From the NCBI GenBank assembly GCA_048885535.1, contig JBHLLO010000057.1, positions 1 to 19,876 on the forward strand: a DNA stretch of 19,876 nt, in the 5' to 3' direction. This document shows positions 1 to 8,675 of this stretch, piece by piece. Origin of the DNA: Candidatus Hermodarchaeota archaeon. GTDB taxonomy: Archaea > Asgardarchaeota > Lokiarchaeia > Sigyniarchaeales > SOKP01. Below the pieces are notes generated by a model that saw only the letters and a program-made list of their open reading frames with translations, was not told where the DNA came from and searched no databases. Position numbers and translations under genes: made by a program. The first letter of the stretch is position 1, and each line of letters starts with the position of its first letter.

Positions 1-968
1 TTAGCAACCAAATCCCTAATTGATTGATCCTGAGGCATAAAACTTCTAGGCCAAGTGGGTGTATATTTTACAAATGGTCGCAAAAAAGGAATTTTCGCCT
101 CATTTGCATATCCTAATCCATGACCTGTTCCAGAATCAGGAATACCTGCTACAAGATCAATTGGTATACCATCATTTTTTGCTAAATAAGAACCACATCT
201 ATGACGTACAACTTCTACATTAATTCCTTCGTAATTTGACGCGGGGTAACCATAGTATACCCATAAAAAAGCACAGATTTGCATTCGGCCGCCAGGTGCA
301 ATTATTTGTTTAATCCCTTCTTCACTTAGAAAAACGACTTCGCCTGGTCCAAGATATTTAGATATTTGGTAGCCTAGGTTAGGGAAGGCACATGTTTCCA
401 TTGTAGCTGCTATGGAACCAGATTTTTCTCCAATAACGAGAGGTGTTCTACCTAATTTATCTCGTGCCGCATAGATCCCGTTATTTGTCAATATCAAGAA
501 TGAACATGAACCATCAATCATATTTTGAAGTTTTTGAATTCCTTCTTCAAATGTGTTCTCTTGGCTAATAAGTGTCGCCACCATCTCTGTGGGATTTATA
601 TCTCCCCCGTGCATTTCCGAAAAGTGAGTTCCATTTTTAAGCGCTTCATTTGCCAAACTTTCTAAATTGTTTATTCTTCCAACTGTCGTAATAGCAAAAA
701 CTCCTAAACGAGAATTTATAATCAAAGGTTGATCATCATAATCACTGATTACTCCAATTCCTTTATTTCCGTGCATTTTCTTAAGATCTCTCTCGAATTT
801 GGATCTAAACTGAGTTGTTGTAATGTCCTTAATGAATCTTTGAAATCCACCGGCATTTTTTACTGCTAATCCGCCTCTTCTAGTCCCTAAATGAGAATGA
901 TAATCAGTTCCATAAAAAAGATCTTTTAAACAATCAGTTTCTGAAAATACTCCGAATAAGCCTCCCAT
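1..968 (-). CDS. purF: Amidophosphoribosyltransferase (partial; runs off the left edge), variant lacking the N-terminal Cys
   Basis: Not in the ORF track. Manual translation from ATG 968 gives MGGLFGVFSETDCLKDLFYGTDYHSHLGTRRGG...DDQPL...ARDKLGRTPLVIG...CAFLWVYYGYPAS...VAGIPDSG...PFVKYTPTWPRSF, i.e. an Ntn glutamine-amidotransferase domain followed by the PRTase domain of PurF. Confidence 0.9.
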   Translation of the reverse strand, partial: MGGLFGVFSETDCLKDLFYGTDYHSHLGTRRGGLAVKNAGGFQRFIKDITTTQFRSKFERDLKKMHGNKGIGVISDYDDQPLIINSRLGVFAITTVGRINNLESLANEALKNGTHFSEMHGGDINPTEMVATLISQENTFEEGIQKLQNMIDGSCSFLILTNNGIYAARDKLGRTPLVIGEKSGSIAATMETCAFPNLGYQISKYLGPGEVVFLSEEGIKQIIAPGGRMQICAFLWVYYGYPASNYEGINVEVVRHRCGSYLAKNDGIPIDLVAGIPDSGTGHGLGYANEAKIPFLRPFVKYTPTWPRSFMPQDQSIRDLVA

Positions 969-1124
969 TAATCATCCACTATATTATTTATCAGAACAAA
1001 ATTTTTAAATAAAATTATTAATCTACTATGATTTTAAATTAAAAAGAAAAAATAGATTTGAGAGGGAGTCAATTTAGTTAAAAAATTAGACAAAAATCTA
1101 AAAGTTTCAGATAGACTTTAATAT

Positions 1125-3530
1125 TTAACTTTTCTGTTTTAAATGGTTAAATAACCCCCCAACTAATTGACCTGTACTAATACCAGCATCTCCAGGGGGT
1201 ATAATATCATGCTCTAAGAAAATATAACCATTTTCATTTATATGTGTCTTAATAGAATTTGAAAAAGAATAATTATATGCCACTCCTCCGCTTAACCCAA
1301 TTTTATCTATATTATTTTTTGAAGCAACTTTCATAGCTATCTCTGCAAAAGTTTGTCCAAATCTTGTTTGAAAAGCAGCAGCAATATCAGCTTGACTATT
1401 TTTATGACTCTCCTTTAAGTTAATAATCTGCAGAATCAAATCGGAGGAATCAATAATAAAGACTCCATTTTTTTCAAAATATTTAATATCTAGATCAATA
1501 TTTTTCGAATTTCCGTTTATTGCTAAACCCTCTAACCTCATAGCAGGTTCTCCTCTATAGGTTTTTATCGTTGAAGCTCCTAAAATATAGGATACACAGT
1601 CAAATATTCTACCTGCTGAACTTGAAAGTGGTATATTTTGATCAGGATAATTTTTATTAGCACTTTTAAATTGAGATATAATTACTTCTAATTCTTTTTG
1701 TTGATATTCTAAATCGTTTTTAAGATTCAAAGTCTTAAAGGTTTTAATAGCATCTTCAACCTCTAGACTATTTAATATAATTGAGGCAAGCATTCTTCCA
1801 GGATACTTAGTACATCTGTCTCCTCCAATCATAGGCTGATATTGAAGATGACCTGCCCTTTTATAATCATTATAAGAACATATCAATATTTCACCCCCCC
1901 AAACATTACCATCATCCCCATAACCCACCCCATCAACACTTATTCCAACAATGCTTTCATTTTCCTTAACATTATTTTCAGCCATTAAGCTTAAAATATG
2001 AGCAAAATGATGTTGAATGCGATATAGTTGAACATTGAAGTATGATGCTAGCTCATTACCCAATTTTGTGGAAATAAATGCAGGGTGAGCATCACAGCTA
2101 ATAAAACTTATTTCAGAATCCTTAATTTTTAAGAGATTCTTCATATGGAAAATAGCATCTTTTAAGAATTCATAAGTTTCTAGGTGAGTAGTATTACCAA
2201 TATGTTGAGTGGGAAAAATTCGGTTTCCCCTTAATAAAGCACCAGTAGTGGTTAATTCAGGACCAGTTGAGATTGCTCCTTGAATATCTACTTTTATTGG
2301 AATTGGAATATATTCTGGTACATAACCTCTTGATCTTCTAATTAATTTAATTTTATCGTCATGTAATCTTAAAACACTATCATCTACTCGTTGAAAAATA
2401 GGGCGATTATGAAGTAAAAAGAAATCTGCTAGTTCATGAAGTTGATCGAATATCATTTCATTTTCAATTCCCATCGGTATATTCGATTTATTACCACTCG
2501 TATAAACTAATGGCTTTTCTCCTATATAATCAAATAACAAGTAATGAATACCCGTATAGGGTAACATTACACCAATATTACTTAAACCTGGAGCTACATA
2601 TTTACTTATTATAGAGTTTCTTATAGACTTTTTCCTTTCTAATAATAAAATTGGTCTTCTAAACGATTTTAACAACTGTTCCTCTTTTTCAGTTATTCGG
2701 AATTCATTTTTAATTAACTCTATATTTGGTACCATTATAGCAAATGGTTTGAATTTGCGATTACCCTTTCTGCTTCGCAGTTTTAAGACGGTATTATCAT
2801 CTTCAGCTAAACAGACCAAGTGAACTCCCCCTATACCTTGAACAGCTCCGATTTCACCTCGATTTATTCTTTTAGCAGTCTCCAATAATATTTCTTCAAT
2901 AGATTCATCATGGATTATATTTTTGTTTTTATCATAAAGTTTGTAATTAGGACCACAAACAGAACAGGCAAATGTTTGAGCATGAAATCGACGATTAGTA
3001 AAGGTATTATATTCTTTTGTACATGACTGAGGTTCAGCTTCTTCACAAAATGGAAAATTAATCATTGTAGTTCGCTCTCTATCATAAGGCAACGCTGTGA
3101 CTGTTGAAAATCTTGGTCCACATACTGCACATGCTATAAAAGGATAATTAAAGTATTTCTTTATATCAATATTTCTCATATCTCTTATACAATCTGTACA
3201 TGTTGCTATATCTGGTGGAAGTGCCAGGCTGATTCCACGACCATCTTCACTTTTTATTATCTCAAGTTTGTTATATTCAATTTTAGATTGAATTTGATTG
3301 GTAGTTAATTCCTCAATATAGGCTATTTTTGGTTTAGAGAGCTGAATCTTTTTTATAAATATCTCTATTTTTTCAGGGTTGCCTTGTACAACAAGTCGAA
3401 CTCCTGCATTTCCTCTATTTAAGATAAAACCATTTAAACCATAATATTTCGCCAAGTTAAACAAAAAGGGACGAAATCCAACGCCCATAATAATTCCCGT
3501 TATATTGATCTCTACAGTTTTCTGAGTCAT
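1125..3530 (-). CDS. hypF: Hydrogenase maturation carbamoyltransferase HypF
   Basis: Acylphosphatase domain (GIIMGVGFRPF), Zn fingers (CTDC, CAVCGPRF, CSVCGP), RFHAQT, YrdC-like domain, QHHFAH, DGVGYG, GGVAYN, PPGDAGISTGQ. Confidence 0.97.
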   Translation of the reverse strand: MTQKTVEINITGIIMGVGFRPFLFNLAKYYGLNGFILNRGNAGVRLVVQGNPEKIEIFIKKIQLSKPKIAYIEELTTNQIQSKIEYNKLEIIKSEDGRGISLALPPDIATCTDCIRDMRNIDIKKYFNYPFIACAVCGPRFSTVTALPYDRERTTMINFPFCEEAEPQSCTKEYNTFTNRRFHAQTFACSVCGPNYKLYDKNKNIIHDESIEEILLETAKRINRGEIGAVQGIGGVHLVCLAEDDNTVLKLRSRKGNRKFKPFAIMVPNIELIKNEFRITEKEEQLLKSFRRPILLLERKKSIRNSIISKYVAPGLSNIGVMLPYTGIHYLLFDYIGEKPLVYTSGNKSNIPMGIENEMIFDQLHELADFFLLHNRPIFQRVDDSVLRLHDDKIKLIRRSRGYVPEYIPIPIKVDIQGAISTGPELTTTGALLRGNRIFPTQHIGNTTHLETYEFLKDAIFHMKNLLKIKDSEISFISCDAHPAFISTKLGNELASYFNVQLYRIQHHFAHILSLMAENNVKENESIVGISVDGVGYGDDGNVWGGEILICSYNDYKRAGHLQYQPMIGGDRCTKYPGRMLASIILNSLEVEDAIKTFKTLNLKNDLEYQQKELEVIISQFKSANKNYPDQNIPLSSSAGRIFDCVSYILGASTIKTYRGEPAMRLEGLAINGNSKNIDLDIKYFEKNGVFIIDSSDLILQIINLKESHKNSQADIAAAFQTRFGQTFAEIAMKVASKNNIDKIGLSGGVAYNYSFSNSIKTHINENGYIFLEHDIIPPGDAGISTGQLVGGLFNHLKQKS

Positions 3531-3589
3531 CCAAGTAAATTAAACTCCAAAATTATATAAATAGTATTATTTCAGTTAAAAAGTGGAGT

Positions 3590-4684
3590 TTATTCTTGAT
3601 GGTATTTGTAAAATATGGTACACGTACCTTCATTAGAAACCATACAAGGTCCTATAGGATTAAGAGGAGTACATTCCTTTCTAAATAATTTACATTCGTT
3701 AGGAAGAAGTTTTCCAACCATGATTAAATGGCAAGAGCATCCAGGAGGAATATCTTGAGACTTTTCTATTTTTATATTGAACTTACGATCTGCATTATAT
3801 TTTTCAAATTTATCTCTAATTACTAATCCCCCATCAAGAACTCTTCCAATTCCACGCCAGGGAGACGAAACAGATTCAAATATTTCTTCAATAACTTTTT
3901 GAGCAACAAGATTTCCTTCCGGTTTAACAACCCGAGAATATTCATTCAATGTCTCATAGTTCTTTTCTTTGATTTGTTTTAAAAGCATTAGAATAGCTAA
4001 TAGAACATCAACTGGTTCGAATCCAGCAATAACATTAGGTACTTTGTATGCATCAGAGAAGATTTTAAAGGGTTTTAAACCAATAATCGTAGAAACATGC
4101 CCGGGAGATATAAAACCATCAATATTCAATCTAGATTGGCTTATCAGAAGTTCTAAGGCAGCAGGAATTAACTTATGAGCACAAATCACTGAGAAATTAG
4201 ATGGAGGATTAGCCTTTATTTCATATCCAGTTAAAGGAACTGTCGTTTCAAAACCTATTGCAAAAAAAATGACTTCTTTATTTGGATTATTTTTAGCTAT
4301 TTTAACTGCCTCACGTGGTCCATAGACAACACGTATATCAGCCCCTTTAGATTTCAATTCTGCTAAAGAAATGTTTGTTGCTGGGACTCTAAGCATATCT
4401 CCAAATGTGGCAATGATGACATCATTTCTTTTGCCTAATTCAACTGCTTTATCAATATCTGCTGCAGGGCAAACGCAAACAGGGCATCCAGGTCCTGATA
4501 CTACTTCAATTTCTTTTGGTAATAATGTCCTTAAACCATACTTAGAGATTGTATGCTCATGTGTCCCGCATACGTGCATTAGTTTAATAGGTCTATTTAA
4601 ATTATTACAAATTTTTGTGATAGAATTAATAATTCTCTCAGCAAATAATTTATCTTTTAGATATTTTGTTCCAGGAATTTCCAT
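3590..4684 (-). CDS. hypD: Hydrogenase formation protein HypD
   Basis: Motifs HVCGTH, GPGCPVC, GFETT, PGHVS and C-terminal Fe-S cysteines with GPCMVSNEGTC. Confidence 0.98.
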   Translation of the reverse strand: MEIPGTKYLKDKLFAERIINSITKICNNLNRPIKLMHVCGTHEHTISKYGLRTLLPKEIEVVSGPGCPVCVCPAADIDKAVELGKRNDVIIATFGDMLRVPATNISLAELKSKGADIRVVYGPREAVKIAKNNPNKEVIFFAIGFETTVPLTGYEIKANPPSNFSVICAHKLIPAALELLISQSRLNIDGFISPGHVSTIIGLKPFKIFSDAYKVPNVIAGFEPVDVLLAILMLLKQIKEKNYETLNEYSRVVKPEGNLVAQKVIEEIFESVSSPWRGIGRVLDGGLVIRDKFEKYNADRKFNIKIEKSQDIPPGCSCHLIMVGKLLPNECKLFRKECTPLNPIGPCMVSNEGTCTIFYKYHQE

Positions 4685-4719
4685 AATCTCTAATTTTAAT
4701 AATTTTATAAATAATTTAT

Positions 4720-5772
4720 TTAACAGATCCTTGGAATTGGTTCACCGAGAGCCATTTCTATGAATCTCGTGCCGCCTACTAAAGTTTTGAGTAAAACTTT
4801 TTTATTATTTTGAACTTTTACCTCCCCAATAATATTTGCGTCTTTTCCAATTTTTGTAGATTTTATTTTCTGAAGGATATTTTCTGCTTGATTTGGATCA
4901 ACAGACATTAAAGCTCTACCTTCAGAAGCAATAGTAAAAGGATCCAATCCAAGCATTTCACACACAGCAACTACTTGTTTTTTAATAGGAATCTCTTTTT
5001 CTTCTAATATAATGCCAACGTCGGATTTCATCGCCCAATCATTTAAAGCTGTAGCTATACCACCTCTAGTTGGGTCCTTCATTGCATGAATATAATTTTG
5101 ATTTATATCTGGTTTTAAAATGTTATAAATCTCTAGTAATGTTTCAACATCTGATTCCAAATCTGAAGATATATTTAAACCTTCCCGACTGGAGATTAAA
5201 GCTGTCCCGTGATCTCCTATTGAACCAGTAACGATTATTTTATCACCAGGTTGCAGATTATTATCTAAAATTCTAATATATTTGTCTTTAATTCCTATAC
5301 CCGTAATAGCCATAATTAATTCATTTAACGTACCACGAGGCATAACTTTAGTATCTCCTGCAATTATCGCAATATTTGCTTCTCTGGCTTTAAAGTTAAA
5401 AGAATTGATAATTTTTTCCAATAGATCAAATTTTAATCCTTCCTCTATTATAACTATAGAGGTAATTGCGATAGGTTCTGCACCCATCATTAATAAATCA
5501 TTAACAGTTCCACAAACGCTTAAGATTCCCAGATTTCCTCCAGGAAAAAACAAAGGCTCAACTGTATAACCATCTGCCGTAACTACGATTTCTTTATCGT
5601 AATCTTCCAGTGGAATCGTAGCTCCATCATCTAATTCTTCAACTCCTATCCCTTTATTAACATTTTTATAGGTAATGTTTTTAGTAATAAAGTTAATTAA
5701 TTCTTCTTGTAATAAACCACCAGATCCATGAGCAAGACGTATTATACTGGAGCTTACTTTCTTCATACTCAT
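4720..5772 (-). CDS. hypE: Hydrogenase maturation carbamoyl dehydratase HypE
   Basis: LAHGSGG, LFFPGG, GTVNDL, GDTKV, KDPTRGG and C-terminal PRIC. Start moved from TTG 5880 to ATG 5772 (or 5766) because the upstream extension is non-homologous AT-rich sequence. Confidence 0.96.
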   Translation of the reverse strand: MSMKKVSSSIIRLAHGSGGLLQEELINFITKNITYKNVNKGIGVEELDDGATIPLEDYDKEIVVTADGYTVEPLFFPGGNLGILSVCGTVNDLLMMGAEPIAITSIVIIEEGLKFDLLEKIINSFNFKAREANIAIIAGDTKVMPRGTLNELIMAITGIGIKDKYIRILDNNLQPGDKIIVTGSIGDHGTALISSREGLNISSDLESDVETLLEIYNILKPDINQNYIHAMKDPTRGGIATALNDWAMKSDVGIILEEKEIPIKKQVVAVCEMLGLDPFTIASEGRALMSVDPNQAENILQKIKSTKIGKDANIIGEVKVQNNKKVLLKTLVGGTRFIEMALGEPIPRIC

Positions 5773-5989
5773 GATTGAAAATAAGAAGCAAAAATTATAA
5801 GAATTTAGATTATCCAATATAATCTCAAATAAATGATAAAAATGTCGAAGAAAAACAATCTCTTTTATTTTACTTATCAAAAATTCCAGAAAATTTTTAT
5901 AAAATTTAATGATTACATAAACACAATTAGTTTAAATTAGCTAATTTAAAAAAAAATAAATTTATCAAACAATAAATAGGTAGAAAAAC
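5773..5989. promoter_or_regulatory. Divergent promoter region between hypEDF and the hydrogenase operon
   Basis: Very AT-rich intergenic region between head-to-head genes. Palindromic TTTTATAAAA at 5895-5904 could act as a TATA box in either direction; exact elements are not assignable by eye. Confidence 0.45.
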
Positions 5990-7340
5990 ATGGCAGTGAA
6001 AGTTGCTTTTATGCAATGCTCCGATATGGTAAAAATGTTCAATTTTTCCACGGAAGTGCTGGGGCTGCCACCAGAGCCTACTTAACGCACATTTAGGCTT
6101 ATTACCGGTACTCCCAGCATTGGATATTGTATATTGGCCAGCTGTAGTTGATTTCAAATATGACTCTTTGAAAGCAAGACCAGATGGAGATATTCTTGTA
6201 GGATTTGTTGAAGGAAGTTTAAGAACAAAAGAAGATGTAGAAAGCGCAAAATTAATGCGTGCCAAATGCAAGTTAATTATTGCCTTTGGTAGCTGTTCTT
6301 GTTATGGGAACGTTCATGGTTTAGCAAATGTATGGGACGTTCAAGAAGCTATAGATCGAAAGTTTAAACAAGCGGAATCAATAACTAATAGAGATACAGC
6401 AGGAGAACCTAAAAAACATACTCCTGGATTCGAAAGTAAAATTGTACCTTTAGACGAAGTTATAAAAGTGGATGCATATATAGGGGGCTGCCCACCAAAG
6501 CCGGAAGCTATCATCTCTGCGGTTCAATTTCTGCTTGGACAAAAGCCTCAACCAAAATCTGAAAGAACATTCTGCAATGATTGCATTTTACGAGAGAGTG
6601 GATGTTTATTAGAGAAAGGCACATTATGTTTTGGACCTATCACAAGTACTGGATGTTCATTAAAATGTACGAATGATGGTAAACCATGTGTTGGATGTTT
6701 TGGACCAAGTACTTCTGTAGACGGTAGAGCAAGTAGACTAAATGATATGCTTAGAAATATTGATAGCTTTAAATCAGGAGATAAAAAGAGTTTGTATGAA
6801 TTTTTAGCTCTTTTCTTGAATATACCATTGATGGCAGGCTTTGATTTAGCGGGAGATATATTAAAACAAGTTAAGAGGACTGGTTCACCTCAAACTCCTT
6901 TAGCTGAAATGCCTTCACAAACAACCGATATCGCTACAACTATTATGACATATCTTAGAGATCACCGAGAATTTTTAACTATCTCGAATGTCTGTGATAC
7001 TTGTGATCGTGTAATCGGAAGTGCGTCTAGAATGACAAGAGTCAAGAGAGATTATGAGGGCTTACCAAATATGACTGATTGTTTTATTGAACAAGGATAC
7101 CTCTGTGCGGGACCAATTACGAAAGCTGGCTGTGGTGGTTTATGTATACGGGTCAATGCTCCCTGCTCTGGCTGTTTTGGTCAGACAGAATGGAATGTTG
7201 ATCAAGCAGAGAGATTTGCTGAAGTAGCTACAAAAGGCTTCAATGTGGCTTTATCTAAGGAAGAACTTTTATTCCAAATTAAGGATAAGATTGGTTTTTC
7301 TGAGAAGTTCACATTAGCTGCTAATAAAAAATATAGGTAG
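5990..7340 (+). CDS. vhuG: F420-non-reducing [NiFe] hydrogenase small subunit (MvhG/VhuG), join(5990..6025,6057..7340), 439 aa after splicing
   Basis: The ORF track starts at 6120 and lacks the first CxxC. ATG 5990 gives MAVKVAFMQCSD, and the main frame from 6057 gives CWGCHQSLLNAHLGLLPVLPALDIVYWPAVVDFK. Also FVEGS, AFGSCSCYG, GGCPP and C-terminal Cys-rich domains. Confidence 0.93.
6026..6056 (+). other. 31-nt BHB (archaeal endonuclease-type) intron in vhuG mRNA
   Basis: Outer helix GC(6018-19)/GC(6058-59); central 4-bp helix UCCG(6020-23)/CGGA(6051-54); 3-nt bulges AUA(6024-26) and AGU(6055-57); inner helix UGG/CCA plus AAAAAU/AUUUUU. Cutting after the second bulge nucleotide on each strand joins GAT|TGC in frame. 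Confidence 0.9.
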
Positions 7341-7350
7341 GTGAAAAAAA

Positions 7351-8655
7351 ATGGTAAAAGAAATTGAAGTTGAGCCTGTCACTCGTTTAGAAGGACATGG
7401 CGGATTGAGGTTAGTAATAGGCGATGATGGCAAAGTTCAAGACGTGCAATTTAATATTACTTCTACAAGATTCTTTGAGAAATTTCTTGAAGGACGATAC
7501 TGCGAGCACATCCCTCGAATTACTCCAAGAATTTGCGGTATTTGCCCAATTCCCCATCATTTAACTCCTACTAAAGCTGTAGAAGATGCATGGGGTATAC
7601 AAATTCCAACACCTGCATATAAGTTACGTCAATTATTACAAAATGCAAAGCAGTATTCTTCTCATGCACTCCACTTCTATGCATTAGCAGCACCAGATTT
7701 CTTACTTGGACCTTTTGCAGATCCAGCATTAAGAAATGTTGTTCATGTAATCAGTAAGATGCCTGATGTCGGTGCGATGGCTCTAAAGATGATGGACTTC
7801 GGTCAGAAGCTATGCGCAGCTATTGGGGGTAAATCAGTACATCCTATTTCTGCCATAGTAGGTGGAATGAAGAAACCAATGGATGAAAGCGTACGTGATT
7901 TATTCTTAAAACAAATTGAAGATCAGGTAGAATGGACAAAAAAGACAGTCGATATAGGGTTAAAAGTAGTAGAAGATTATTGGGATGTCGTAGCCAACGT
8001 AGGAGTTGTGCCTACTTATTATGCTGGTATGACTAAAAATGGTGTTCATGATATTTATGATGGAGATCTCCGTATAGTCTCCCCTGAGGGACAGAAGTTT
8101 GACTATCCTCCTCAAAAATATCTAGAGGCTTTAGGTGAACATATTCCAGAACATTCTTATGCTACTCATATGTATTATAAGCCAGCAGGATACCCTGCAG
8201 GTATATATCGAGCTAATACATTAGCAATGATTAATTGTGCTGATAGAATGGCTACACCTTTAGCCGATGAAGCATTACAGGCAATGAGAGCAAAAGTTGG
8301 ACAAGTATCTCATCATACATTTGCATATCACTGGGCTCGATTAATTGAATTAGTAGAATCGATTGAAATAATTGCTACATTATTACAAGACGATGATATA
8401 GTTAATCCTAATTGTAAAACATTTGATGTCCAACCAAGAGAAGGAGATGGAGTTGGTCTTACTGAAGCTCCTAGAGGAATACTCTTGTATCATATATGGT
8501 CTGATGGTGAAGGCATATGCAAAAAGGCAAATCTCTTAGTAGCTACGAATCATAATATTGCGGGTATTGAGAAAACATTAATGCATGTAGCCAAACAAGT
8601 GTTCGAACAAAATGCTTTATCCGGATTAAAATTACCAGACCCTTGGATTAAATAA
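7351..8655 (+). CDS. vhuA: [NiFe] hydrogenase large subunit (MvhA/VhuA), split form lacking the C-terminal L2 motif
   Basis: EPVTRLEGHG, L1 motif RICGICPIPH, GGKSVHP, EAPRGILLYH, ANLLVATNHN. No DPCxxCxxH at the C-terminus; that part is encoded by the next gene. SD AGGTGA upstream. Confidence 0.95.
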   Translation: MVKEIEVEPVTRLEGHGGLRLVIGDDGKVQDVQFNITSTRFFEKFLEGRYCEHIPRITPRICGICPIPHHLTPTKAVEDAWGIQIPTPAYKLRQLLQNAKQYSSHALHFYALAAPDFLLGPFADPALRNVVHVISKMPDVGAMALKMMDFGQKLCAAIGGKSVHPISAIVGGMKKPMDESVRDLFLKQIEDQVEWTKKTVDIGLKVVEDYWDVVANVGVVPTYYAGMTKNGVHDIYDGDLRIVSPEGQKFDYPPQKYLEALGEHIPEHSYATHMYYKPAGYPAGIYRANTLAMINCADRMATPLADEALQAMRAKVGQVSHHTFAYHWARLIELVESIEIIATLLQDDDIVNPNCKTFDVQPREGDGVGLTEAPRGILLYHIWSDGEGICKKANLLVATNHNIAGIEKTLMHVAKQVFEQNALSGLKLPDPWIK

Positions 8656-8675
8656 AAAGGAGGAGTATAAATAAG

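Noticed and set aside
3015-3052. Possible third BHB intron in the hypF zinc finger
   Set aside because: The best BHB-like register (GUGA/UCAU) would remove 20 nt and break an intact frame, and the flanking helices do not fit.
3969-5569. Plus-strand ORFs 3969-4178, 4371-4763 and 5282-5569
   Set aside because: Antisense shadows of hypD and hypE with no motifs.
5773-5880. N-terminal extension of HypE in the ORF track
   Set aside because: Non-homologous AT-rich sequence in the divergent promoter region; ATG 5772 or 5766 fits the family start.
6120-6122. TTG start for the small subunit
   Set aside because: It would omit the essential CWGC ligands encoded in frame at 6057-6068; the true start is ATG 5990.
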